A DNA stretch of 62,449 bases, counting the filler. It is 3 parts of 3 records of this genome, joined end to end, with 100 filler letters (N's around TTAATTAATTAA, not from the genome) between each part and the next. Parts side by side here need not be neighbours in the genome. Positions count along the whole stretch, not along the records: positions 21,037 to 45,496 come from DRR723986_4694; 2 more parts are not named here. One strand, given 5' to 3'. Made by a program: the position numbers and the translations under genes. The notes below the pieces were generated by a model that saw nothing but the letters and a program-made list of their open reading frames with translations, had not been told where the DNA came from and did not search any database. Positions within the stretch are counted from its first letter, which is position 1, and each line of letters opens with the position of its first letter. Positions 22,539 through 30,577 of the stretch are shown here, one piece after another.

Positions 22539-23347
22539 GTGCGCTGCCCACCATCAGCGCGCTTGTCGTGTCCTACCGCACCGGGCCGCGCCTGCACGAA
22601 TGCCTCTACGCCTTGAAGGGCGATCCCGACATCACCGAGATCGTCATTGTCGATAATGGCAACCCGCCCGCTGACGAAGCCTGGATCGACCGGTTCGTGG
22701 CCGATTGTCCGAAGGCGTCCCTGATCCGCAAGGGGGACAATCCTGGCTTCGGCACGGCGATGAACCGGGCGGCGGAAAAAGCCAGTGGCGACCTGCTGCT
22801 CGCCTGCAATCCGGACTGCGTGATCAAGCGCGGTGCGATGGGACTGCTGGTGGAGGCGCTGCAAGGTGCGCCCCGGCCTGCCATCGTCGGGGGACGGATA
22901 TTCGATCTCAAAGGTCGGGAAGAGCGCGGCGCGCGGCGCAATACGCTCACCCTTTGGAACGCGATTGGCCTTGCCAAATGGGCGCTGGACGGGACGCCGG
23001 AACCGGATGGACCGGTGCGCGTTGGCGCGATCACCGGCGCCTTCTTCCTGATCCGCCGGGAAGACTATGAAAAGCTCGGCGGGTTCGATGAAGCCTATTT
23101 CCTGCATGTCGAGGATGTGGATTTGTGCCGCCGGGCGATTGAGGCAGGCGGCTCGGTCACCTACCAGCCCAGGGCTGGGGCATTGCACTATTCGCACACG
23201 TCAGACGCGCCGCGGGGCAGGGTACAGGCGCACAAGGTGGTGAGCCTGAAGCGCTATTTCCGGAAGTTCGCCAAGACGCCGGGGGAGAAGCTGGCGACTG
23301 CTCTTCTGGTGCCGCTGATTGGGCTTGCCATGCGGCTGCGCGGCTAG
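22535..23347 (+). CDS. glycosyltransferase family 2
   Basis: VVSY, IVDNGN, NPGFG.A.N, NPD, GGFDEAYFLHVEDVDLC; GTG start overlaps upstream TGA. Confidence 0.9.
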   Translation: MSALPTISALVVSYRTGPRLHECLYALKGDPDITEIVIVDNGNPPADEAWIDRFVADCPKASLIRKGDNPGFGTAMNRAAEKASGDLLLACNPDCVIKRGAMGLLVEALQGAPRPAIVGGRIFDLKGREERGARRNTLTLWNAIGLAKWALDGTPEPDGPVRVGAITGAFFLIRREDYEKLGGFDEAYFLHVEDVDLCRRAIEAGGSVTYQPRAGALHYSHTSDAPRGRVQAHKVVSLKRYFRKFAKTPGEKLATALLVPLIGLAMRLRG

Positions 23348-23790
23348 GCTTTTGGGCGCCAGTTTTCCGGCGCGAGTTCAAAGCCCGCAAAGTCAAAGCC
23401 CGGCGCCACCACGCACGAGACCAGCGTCCATGCGCCCAATGTTTCGGCGGCTTGCCAGTGATGCGCGGGTACCACGCCTTGCAGGGCCTGACCGGCACGA
23501 AGATCCGGCCCGAGCGTGACGGCGCGGGGCTCATTTCCTTCCGGTGTGGCGGTTGTCAGCACCAGCGGTCCGCCTGCCTGCCACAGCCAGATCTCGTCGG
23601 CATCCACCCGGTGCCAGGCGGAGACTTCATCGGCCTGCAGCAGGAAATGGATCAGCGTCGAAGCCGGGCGCTCCCCGTCTGGGGCAGCGGCGCGGAACGT
23701 CTCCACATAGTGGCCGCCCTCCGGATGCGGCGCCATGTTCAGAAGGCGGATCACCTCCCGCGCGCCAAGATCGCCGGAGATGGCCTGCAT
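23344..23790 (-). CDS. cupin domain protein (DUF985-like)
   Basis: PHPEGGHY, WHRVDADEIW, VSCVVAPGFDF. Confidence 0.88.
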   Translation of the reverse strand: MQAISGDLGAREVIRLLNMAPHPEGGHYVETFRAAAPDGERPASTLIHFLLQADEVSAWHRVDADEIWLWQAGGPLVLTTATPEGNEPRAVTLGPDLRAGQALQGVVPAHHWQAAETLGAWTLVSCVVAPGFDFAGFELAPENWRPKA

Positions 23791-24563
23791 CAGAAACTGT
23801 CCTTGCGCCCGCGGATTTCGGCGAAGGTCGCGACGGTATCGCCCGGGTGGCCCATGGCCGCCTGAAGCTCCGGCACATCGGCGCGGAGGAAGGGGTTGGT
23901 GGCGAGTTCTTTTGCCAGCCGGGTCGGCACGGTCGGCTGGCCCTTGGCCCGGCGCGCGTCGATCTCTTCCACATAGGCGGCGAGATCCGCATTGTCGGTT
24001 TCGACGGTTTCGGCGAAGCGGGCATTGGCCTGCGTGTATTCATGCGCGCAATAGACCATCGTCTCCGGCGGCAGGGCCTTCAGCTTGGAGAGACTGTTCC
24101 ACATCATCTCCATCGTGCCTTCGAAGACGCGTCCGCAGCCGAGTGCGAAGATGGCGTCGCCGACAAAGGCCTTGTACTGCTCTGCAAAATGATAGGCGAT
24201 GTGTCCGAGCGTGTGGCCCGGCACGTCCAGCACGCGGGCGGTGGCGCGCCCGAACTCTACCGTGTCGCCTTCGGTCAGCTTCACATCGATGCCGGGGATC
24301 TTTTCGGCCTCCCCCGCCGGGCCGTAGATGGTGCAGCCGGTGGCTTCCTTGATCTTCATGTTCCCGCCGGCATGGTCCGGATGCCAGTGCGTGTTCAGGA
24401 TATGGGTGATGGTCCAGCCCATCCGCTTCGCCTCGGCCAGGTATTTCTCGGCGTCGGGCGTGTCGATGGCGGCTGTCTCGCCTGAATAGGCTTCATGGAC
24501 GAGATAGCCGTAATTATCGTTCAGGCAGGGAAATTGGTGTACGTCGAGGGTGATCTTGGTCAT
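23790..24563 (-). CDS. gloB: hydroxyacylglutathione hydrolase (glyoxalase II)
   Basis: DNYGY, THWHPDHAGG, PGHTLGH, GCGRVFEG, CAHEYT; true start ATG 24563 after AGGAG. Confidence 0.94.
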   Translation of the reverse strand: MTKITLDVHQFPCLNDNYGYLVHEAYSGETAAIDTPDAEKYLAEAKRMGWTITHILNTHWHPDHAGGNMKIKEATGCTIYGPAGEAEKIPGIDVKLTEGDTVEFGRATARVLDVPGHTLGHIAYHFAEQYKAFVGDAIFALGCGRVFEGTMEMMWNSLSKLKALPPETMVYCAHEYTQANARFAETVETDNADLAAYVEEIDARRAKGQPTVPTRLAKELATNPFLRADVPELQAAMGHPGDTVATFAEIRGRKDSF

Positions 24564-24614
24564 CTGTGTCTCCTGTAGACGCCTCCTGAAGACTGGCCTA
24601 GCACAGGGAAATCC

Positions 24615-25358
24615 ATGCGTCAGGATGCTGTCACGCTCGAACGCTTTTACTCCGCTCCGCTGGGGCAGGCGGCGGCGCGTATCCTGTCCGGCAAACTGAC
24701 GGATCTGTGGGGCGAGGCTCGGGGCCTGTCCCTGCTGGGGCTCGGCTTTGCCATTCCCGTGCTGGACGCGTTCGGCGACGCGCCGTCGCGGATCGTCGCT
24801 GCCGTGCCGCTCGAACATGGCCCAGTGAAGTGGGATTATTCCGGCCGCGGCAATGACAGCGTCGGTGTGGGCGACGACCGGCTGCCCTTTCCGGACGGCC
24901 TGTTCGACCGGGTGATCGTGCTGCACGGGCTGGAGGAGACGGGCAATCCGCGGACCTATCTGCGTGAGATCTGGCGCATTACAGCGCCGGAAGGGCGGAT
25001 CGTGCTGGCGGCGGCGAACCGGGGCGGGCTGTGGTCGCGGGCGACGCGCACCCCGTTCGGTCAGGGCCGGCCGTGGACCCGGTCGCAGCTGATGAACCTG
25101 CTGTCTTCCGGCCTGTTTCAGGTGACCGCCTCGACCAGTGCGCTCTACATGCCACCTGTGTCGGCGGGGCTCGTCACCTCGGCGGCGGAAGGCTGGGAAG
25201 CGATCGGCAGCCTGATCACGCCCGGCTTTGGCGGAGTCGTCCTGGTTGAAGCGGTCAAGCGACTCTATGCCCAGCCGGGCGGCGGGGCGCCCGCACCTGT
25301 TACCGAAAAGGTACGGATTCCCCGTCCTGTGCCTTCCCCGAAACGCGAAAGTCATTGA
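24615..25358 (+). CDS. class I SAM-dependent methyltransferase domain protein (YafS-like)
   Basis: LGLGFA, LPFPDGLFDRV; divergent from gloB, a conserved arrangement. Confidence 0.82.
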   Translation: MRQDAVTLERFYSAPLGQAAARILSGKLTDLWGEARGLSLLGLGFAIPVLDAFGDAPSRIVAAVPLEHGPVKWDYSGRGNDSVGVGDDRLPFPDGLFDRVIVLHGLEETGNPRTYLREIWRITAPEGRIVLAAANRGGLWSRATRTPFGQGRPWTRSQLMNLLSSGLFQVTASTSALYMPPVSAGLVTSAAEGWEAIGSLITPGFGGVVLVEAVKRLYAQPGGGAPAPVTEKVRIPRPVPSPKRESH

Positions 25359-25414
25359 CGTGTCATATAAGCGGCAGATACTTCGCAACTGCAGCAACGA
25401 CTAGGGGAAGCGCC

Positions 25415-25759
25415 ATGAAGCTTGTCACAGCCATTTTCAAGCCTAGCCGGCTCGACGCGGTGATCGACGCGCTTTCCGAAGTCGGGGCTACCGGATTGAC
25501 CGTTTCAGAAGTCCGCGGGTATGGCCGCCAGCTCGGCAAGACCGAGGTCTACCGCGGCGCCGAATACGAGGTGCGCCTGCTTCCGAAAGTGAAGGTTGAG
25601 GTTGCCTGTCCGGACGATGCCGCCGAACGGTTTGCCGATGCCATCACCCAGGCGGCCAACACTGGCACGATCGGCGACGGCAAGATCTTCATCCTGGATC
25701 TCGGCTCCGTCATCCGCATCCGCACGGGCGAACGCGACGAACTGGCCGTTTCAGGCTAG
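25415..25759 (+). CDS. PII-family nitrogen regulator
   Basis: YRGAEY T-loop, LPKVKVE, TGTIGDGKIF, RIRTGE. Confidence 0.93.
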   Translation: MKLVTAIFKPSRLDAVIDALSEVGATGLTVSEVRGYGRQLGKTEVYRGAEYEVRLLPKVKVEVACPDDAAERFADAITQAANTGTIGDGKIFILDLGSVIRIRTGERDELAVSG

Positions 25760-25769
25760 GGCAAACGCC

Positions 25770-26174
25770 TCAGGACGCGTTTGCATCCGCGTCGACATCG
25801 TTTGCTTTGACATCGGTCGCTTTGACCTCAGTCGCGCCGTGGTGCAGCTGCAGGTTCAGCAGGATCGCCTTTGCGATGGGCAGTAGCGCCAGGATCAGGC
25901 CGATCATGATGCCGGACATCACGAGAAAAGCCAGGATCTTGTAGCCCAGCGGCATCGGGATCAGCGGCACGATGAACATGAACGGCGCAGCCAGGATCAG
26001 CACGCCGAACCCGACGAAGAAGGCCGGGCCGTCCGCGGTGTCGTCATTGCTCATTTCCCGTCCGCAGACAGGGCAGGCGTCGTTGAGCTTCAAATAGCTT
26101 TTGAACAGCTTGCCTTCGCCGCAATTGCCGCATTTCAGCTTCAGGCCGGACAGGATGGGGGACGGTTTGGACAT
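25770..26174 (-). CDS. DUF983-like protein
   Basis: C..CGEGKLF..YLK....C..CG ... DGPA followed by two TMs. Confidence 0.85.
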   Translation of the reverse strand: MSKPSPILSGLKLKCGNCGEGKLFKSYLKLNDACPVCGREMSNDDTADGPAFFVGFGVLILAAPFMFIVPLIPMPLGYKILAFLVMSGIMIGLILALLPIAKAILLNLQLHHGATEVKATDVKANDVDADANAS

Positions 26175-26324
26175 GGGCGGTCTCCGGGGGGCTCGGCCGA
26201 CACATCGTGCCCAGAGGCTTAGACTTCAATGCGACAGATGGCACGCGAGGCCGGGCGGCCCTTGACGGGCAGGGCCCGATTGCCCACCAGAGCGGGCTGT
26301 AATTCGCAAGACGGAATACCCCAG

Positions 26325-27266
26325 ATGCCTGACCCCATATTCGAGCGGATCGCCATTGTCGGCGTTGGCCTTATTGGTTCTTCCATCGCGCGGGCCGCAA
26401 CGGCTTATGGCGCGGCCGGGGCCGTCTCGCTCTATGATGCCAGCGACGATGTACGGGCCCGGGCGGAGGGGCTCGATCTCGGAAATGTGACCGGAACGCT
26501 CGCCGATGCCGTGAAGGATGCGGACTGCGTGTTCCTCTGCGTGCCGGTTGGCGCACTGGCGCCGGTGGCGCAGGCAACCGTGCCGCACATGAGGGCCGGA
26601 GCGATCCTCACCGATGTCGGCTCGGTCAAGAAACAGGCTGCCGAAGCGCTCTGTTCTGCCGACAATGGGAAAGTGCAGATCATTCCGGGCCACCCGATTG
26701 CGGGCACGGAACAGTCCGGTCCGGAAGCCGGCTTCCCGACCCTGTTCACGAATGCCTGGCATATCCTGACCCCGCAGGATGGCAAGGACGAGGCCTATGG
26801 CGAAGCGGTGCAACGCCTGACGGACTTCTGGACCGCACTTGGCGCAAAGGTCGAGACGATGGATCCCGCCCGCCATGACCGCGTGCTGGCGATCACTTCG
26901 CACCTGCCGCACCTGATCGCCTTCAACATCGTCTCCACCGCCTTCGACATGGAAACGGTGGAGCAGGGGGAAGTCGTGAAATTTTCGGCCGGCGGTTTCC
27001 GGGACTTCACGCGCATCGCAGCCTCTGACCCCGTGATGTGGCGCGATGTGTTCCTGAACAACAAGGAAGCCGTCCTCGAATGCCTTGGCCGGTTCTCCGA
27101 AGACCTTGCCGCCCTGCAGCGGGCGATCCGCTGGGGTGATGGCGACCTGCTGATGCAGGAGTTCACCCGTGCCCGGACAATCCGCAAGGCCATCATCGAT
27201 GCCGGACAGGATTCCGGCGCGGTGAACTTCGGCCGGAACCAGAATGGTGCTAAACCGGACGCATGA
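26325..27266 (+). CDS. tyrA: prephenate/cyclohexadienyl dehydrogenase
   Basis: GVGLIG, TDVGSVK, HPIAGTE.SG, HD....TSHLPH, FRDFTRIAASDP. Confidence 0.9.
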   Translation: MPDPIFERIAIVGVGLIGSSIARAATAYGAAGAVSLYDASDDVRARAEGLDLGNVTGTLADAVKDADCVFLCVPVGALAPVAQATVPHMRAGAILTDVGSVKKQAAEALCSADNGKVQIIPGHPIAGTEQSGPEAGFPTLFTNAWHILTPQDGKDEAYGEAVQRLTDFWTALGAKVETMDPARHDRVLAITSHLPHLIAFNIVSTAFDMETVEQGEVVKFSAGGFRDFTRIAASDPVMWRDVFLNNKEAVLECLGRFSEDLAALQRAIRWGDGDLLMQEFTRARTIRKAIIDAGQDSGAVNFGRNQNGAKPDA

Positions 27267-27502
27267 AACCGCTAACCCTCTCGGACGATCGGCGCGCGGC
27301 GCTTGCAGGCCACCTGCAGCGCCTGTTCGCGGAGGATTTCGACGAGGACCTCAGCGGTTTCCGCGCCGAAGCCATTATCGAACTGATGCTGAAACAGCTC
27401 GGCCCGGCGGTCTATAACCAGGCCGTGGAAGACGTGCGGGCGCATTTCCAGGACAAGCTGGACGATCTCTCAGGCGAGGTCTGGGTCGATGGCGGCGTCT
27501 GA
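27263..27502 (+). CDS. DUF2164-like small protein
   Basis: F.AE ... LGPAVYNQAVED pattern; ATGA overlap with tyrA. Confidence 0.75.
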   Translation: MKPLTLSDDRRAALAGHLQRLFAEDFDEDLSGFRAEAIIELMLKQLGPAVYNQAVEDVRAHFQDKLDDLSGEVWVDGGV

Positions 27503-27569
27503 CGCCACTCACACATTCTCACGTGAATTTGTGTCGCCTGCCAGGGCGCTTCGGATGTAGGGAAGGGGC

Positions 27570-28106
27570 ATGAAACCGACGACTTCCATGCTGTCCCGCC
27601 GCGGCCTCCTGTTTGCAGGCACCGCTTCTCTCGTGATCGCTGCCTGTTCCGGCGGCTCCAGCAATGCGGTTGCAGAGCCCGAAGCGAAGGGCGAGGGCGG
27701 CGACCCTTATGCCAGCAGCGAATGGCGCAAAGTGACGGAGGGGGAGTGGAAAGAACGGCTGGACCCTAAGGCATTCGCCGTGCTGCGCCAGGAAAGCACC
27801 GAACGCCCGTTCACCTCACCGCTGGAGCATGAGAAACGCGAAGGCACTTATCACTGCGCCGGATGTGACTTGCCGCTCTTCTCGTCAGAAACGAAGTTCG
27901 ATTCCGGCACGGGCTGGCCAAGTTTCTGGAAGCCGCTGCCGGGTGCCATGGGCACCAAGGACGACCACACGCTGTTCTATACGCGCACGGAATATCATTG
28001 CGCGCGCTGCCTTGGCCATCAGGGGCATGTCTTCAATGACGGGCCTGCCCCGACGGGTCAGCGCTGGTGCAATAATGGCGTGGCGCTGGCTTTCCGGCCC
28101 GCTTGA
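27570..28106 (+). CDS. msrB: peptide-methionine (R)-S-oxide reductase with Tat/lipoprotein signal
   Basis: TERPF, CAGC, KFDSGTGWPSF, CARC, GHVFNDGP, RWCNN; N-terminal SRRGLL and IAAC. Confidence 0.93.
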   Translation: MKPTTSMLSRRGLLFAGTASLVIAACSGGSSNAVAEPEAKGEGGDPYASSEWRKVTEGEWKERLDPKAFAVLRQESTERPFTSPLEHEKREGTYHCAGCDLPLFSSETKFDSGTGWPSFWKPLPGAMGTKDDHTLFYTRTEYHCARCLGHQGHVFNDGPAPTGQRWCNNGVALAFRPA

Positions 28107-28128
28107 GGCGGCCTGTCTGAATCAGACC

Positions 28129-29331
28129 CTATTCGATGATCTCGACACCCTCGGGAATCACGAAGGCCGGCACGGATGCAATCGCGACGTCGCCGTCGTC
28201 GATCAGTTCGCCGGGGCCGTTCTCGCGTCGTTCGTAGGCAGCGACCAGTGACGTGTAGGGCGGGACATAATCCCAGCCGCCATTGCCATTGTTTTGCGTG
28301 ATCTCGAAATGAAGGTGCAGCACCGTCGGCGTGCCGCCGAAATCGTTCGAGACATAGCCGATCGTGTCGCCCGCCTGCACTGTGTCACCGATGGAGACGG
28401 AGAGCTTCTTCATGTTGAGATGCAGGTATTTGTAGACCCGCCCGCCGGAGCGGAGGTTCACGCTGTAGGAGCCGACATTGGAGATGACGCCGTCTTCCAC
28501 GGCCACGACTTCATGGGCATCGCGATCCGCTGCGGATGTGGAGCGCTCAGACTGGCAACTGGCGGGCGTGCCGACACGGATGTCCTGTCCCTGGTGGATC
28601 TTGCTGCGCGGGCAATAGGCCGAATTCCGGTTGGATGTGCGTGTTTCGCAGAAATTGTCCCGCCACGGATATTCGAAGTTCCGTTCGTCGCACTGGTCGC
28701 CGCCGACCATGCCGCCGCCAAAGGTGAAGACCATGGATTGCAAATAGGCCGGGGAATCCTTGATCGGGAAAACCATGTCCGGCGCGAAGATCGTTTCGTC
28801 TCCGGCCCCTTCACCGGTGCCTGGCAGCAGCGCGCCCGGACCATAGAATGAGAAGGCGGGTTCGACAGGCGCTGGCGGCTCGGTCGGATCCGGTGTGTCT
28901 GCTGGCGGGGCAGTATCGGTGTCAGCCGTATCTGTTGAATCGTCCGGTGTATCTGCGGGCGTGTCGGTCGGCGTGTCCGTGTCCACGCCGGGATCGGTAT
29001 CAGGCGTACTCGTGTCTGGCACATCTGTATCTGGCGTGCCGGTATCGGGTGTGCCTGCGTCCGGCGTATCCGTACTGGCATCTGTATCCGTATCAACCGG
29101 CCCTGTGTCCGGTGTGTCTGTGTCCGTATCGGTCGGCTGGTCGCCCGTGCCGTATGGGTCCGTCACCGGCGTGCCGGGCGGCGGAGGGCCGGGCGCACCG
29201 GGTGGCACCGCAGGACCTGCCTCCGGCGTTGCCGGCGGCGGGCCGCCGTCACCGGGAAAGCGGATGAAATCGCAGGCCGAAAGGGTCAGCAGCGCGGCGG
29301 CGCCAAGCAGGAGGGAACGCATCCGGGTCAT
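28129..29331 (-). CDS. M23 family metallopeptidase lipoprotein with Pro/Asp/Thr-rich linker
   Basis: Lipobox LSAC; Zn motifs HQGQD (HxxxD) and HLH; YKYLHL; start ATG 29331 in TGATG overlap. Confidence 0.85.
   Translation of the reverse strand: MTRMRSLLLGAAALLTLSACDFIRFPGDGGPPPATPEAGPAVPPGAPGPPPPGTPVTDPYGTGDQPTDTDTDTPDTGPVDTDTDASTDTPDAGTPDTGTPDTDVPDTSTPDTDPGVDTDTPTDTPADTPDDSTDTADTDTAPPADTPDPTEPPAPVEPAFSFYGPGALLPGTGEGAGDETIFAPDMVFPIKDSPAYLQSMVFTFGGGMVGGDQCDERNFEYPWRDNFCETRTSNRNSAYCPRSKIHQGQDIRVGTPASCQSERSTSAADRDAHEVVAVEDGVISNVGSYSVNLRSGGRVYKYLHLNMKKLSVSIGDTVQAGDTIGYVSNDFGGTPTVLHLHFEITQNNGNGGWDYVPPYTSLVAAYERRENGPGELIDDGDVAIASVPAFVIPEGVEIIE
28890..29140 (-). repeat. degenerate coding repeats encoding PDT/DT units
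   Basis: DTPDAGTPDTGTPDTDVPDTSTPDTDP..., roughly 5-residue period; boundaries approximate. Confidence 0.7.
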
Positions 29332-29975
29332 CAGCGCGACCTCACCGCAACAAGGGAGTCTGCAATGGAGAGGGCGTCTTCTTCGCTGATGCAGTCGGCA
29401 TGCGCGCCCTCGGCGGCCGTGCATTCAAACTCGATCAGATAGTCGGCGCCATATTTGGTGAAGGCGACTTGTGCGCCGCTCATGGTCGGGATGAAGCGCA
29501 TCGGCGTTTCGGTCGTGCCGGGCGTGCGGTCTCCGATAATCTCGTTCGTACCATTGACGACGATATTGTAATCCGTGCCAGGATAGAAGGCGAAATAGCC
29601 ATCGCTGAGCGGCTGGAATTTCACGTCCGATTCTGCACCTTGCGGCAGGACGATGCCGGTAGGCAGCATGACAGGCACCGGCGGCGGGTCGCCTTCCTGC
29701 GATGCGGCCATGAAATTCCCGCTGGTGCCGGAATTGGATGCAACATCGTCGCGGGCAGCCAGCCAGTCGATGGTGGCTTCCTGGCTCATGGCCTGCGTGT
29801 AGACCGGCTTGTCCACTGCAGCGGCAGGAACGGTTTCTTCCGCCGGGGCCGTGTCCACCGGTTTGGAAATTTCGGTGCCGGCATCGTCTCCCATGCCCCG
29901 GATGAACTTGTCACAGCCAGCAAGACCCAGCAGGGCACAGGCGGGCACCAATGCAATGGCAATCCGCTTCCTCAT
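29331..29975 (-). CDS. hypothetical lipoprotein
   Basis: Lipobox LAGC; C-terminal domain PVPVMLP ... FTKYGADYLIEFEC ... C; coupled to neighbours. Confidence 0.78.
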   Translation of the reverse strand: MRKRIAIALVPACALLGLAGCDKFIRGMGDDAGTEISKPVDTAPAEETVPAAAVDKPVYTQAMSQEATIDWLAARDDVASNSGTSGNFMAASQEGDPPPVPVMLPTGIVLPQGAESDVKFQPLSDGYFAFYPGTDYNIVVNGTNEIIGDRTPGTTETPMRFIPTMSGAQVAFTKYGADYLIEFECTAAEGAHADCISEEDALSIADSLVAVRSR

Positions 29976-29980
29976 GGCAT

Positions 29981-30577
29981 TTATTCCTTTCCGGGTTGGG
30001 CCACATAGTCCGGATCGGCATAGGCGACGCTGTCGACCTGCATGATCCGGCTCTGGATTTCGTTTATGGTTGCGCGCGTCGGCTCAAGGCCGGGCGGCAG
30101 GCGGTATCCCAGCCGGATCTCGCCTGAATAGCTGGCCCCGACGAGCCGGAAATCCTGCAGCACGGGATAGCGCGACTGCAGATTGGCCCAGGCGATATCG
30201 GCGGCGGCGCGGTCACGCTTGAAATTGCGGGAGATCACATCGATCTCAGGCTCGCCCTTGATGCGGACGATGTAGACGATTTCCGTCCCGTCCGCGCTGA
30301 TCTGGGCAAGCTTCGTCTCTGCCGGCGTTCTCGTTTCAGCCGAAGCAGGCAGTTCCGCAGGGCGGACCACCGGCAATGCGTCGCCGGGGCGGAGTTCCGG
30401 AACAGGGTCGATCTTTGCGCGGGCGGGCGTCTGGACGGCCGCTTGCTGTGCGATCGGGGCATGGGCCGGTCCGCCGGACCCGGCCATGACGAAGATACCG
30501 GTTGCCCCGGCCAGCATGGCGAGGCCCACCAGCCCCAGCGGGCCGCCAAGATGGGGAGGGGGCTGGCCGCCGCTCAT
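29981..30577 (-). CDS. membrane-anchored protein with subtilisin-propeptide (inhibitor I9)-like C-terminal domain
   Basis: N-terminal TM, Pro/Ala linker, then YIVRIK ... DSVAYADPDYVA, matching the two conserved subtilase propeptide motifs. Confidence 0.65.
   Translation of the reverse strand: MSGGQPPPHLGGPLGLVGLAMLAGATGIFVMAGSGGPAHAPIAQQAAVQTPARAKIDPVPELRPGDALPVVRPAELPASAETRTPAETKLAQISADGTEIVYIVRIKGEPEIDVISRNFKRDRAAADIAWANLQSRYPVLQDFRLVGASYSGEIRLGYRLPPGLEPTRATINEIQSRIMQVDSVAYADPDYVAQPGKE

Noticed and set aside
24564-25397. Apparent 535-aa GloB with a long N-terminal extension
   Set aside because: The extension is the antisense shadow of the methyltransferase gene; an RBS and ATG at 24563 give a normal-length GloB
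28890-29140. Repeat region considered as a CRISPR or other non-coding array
   Set aside because: The repeats are short, degenerate, in frame within the M23 gene and lack unique spacers; I saw no CRISPR array or cas gene in the window
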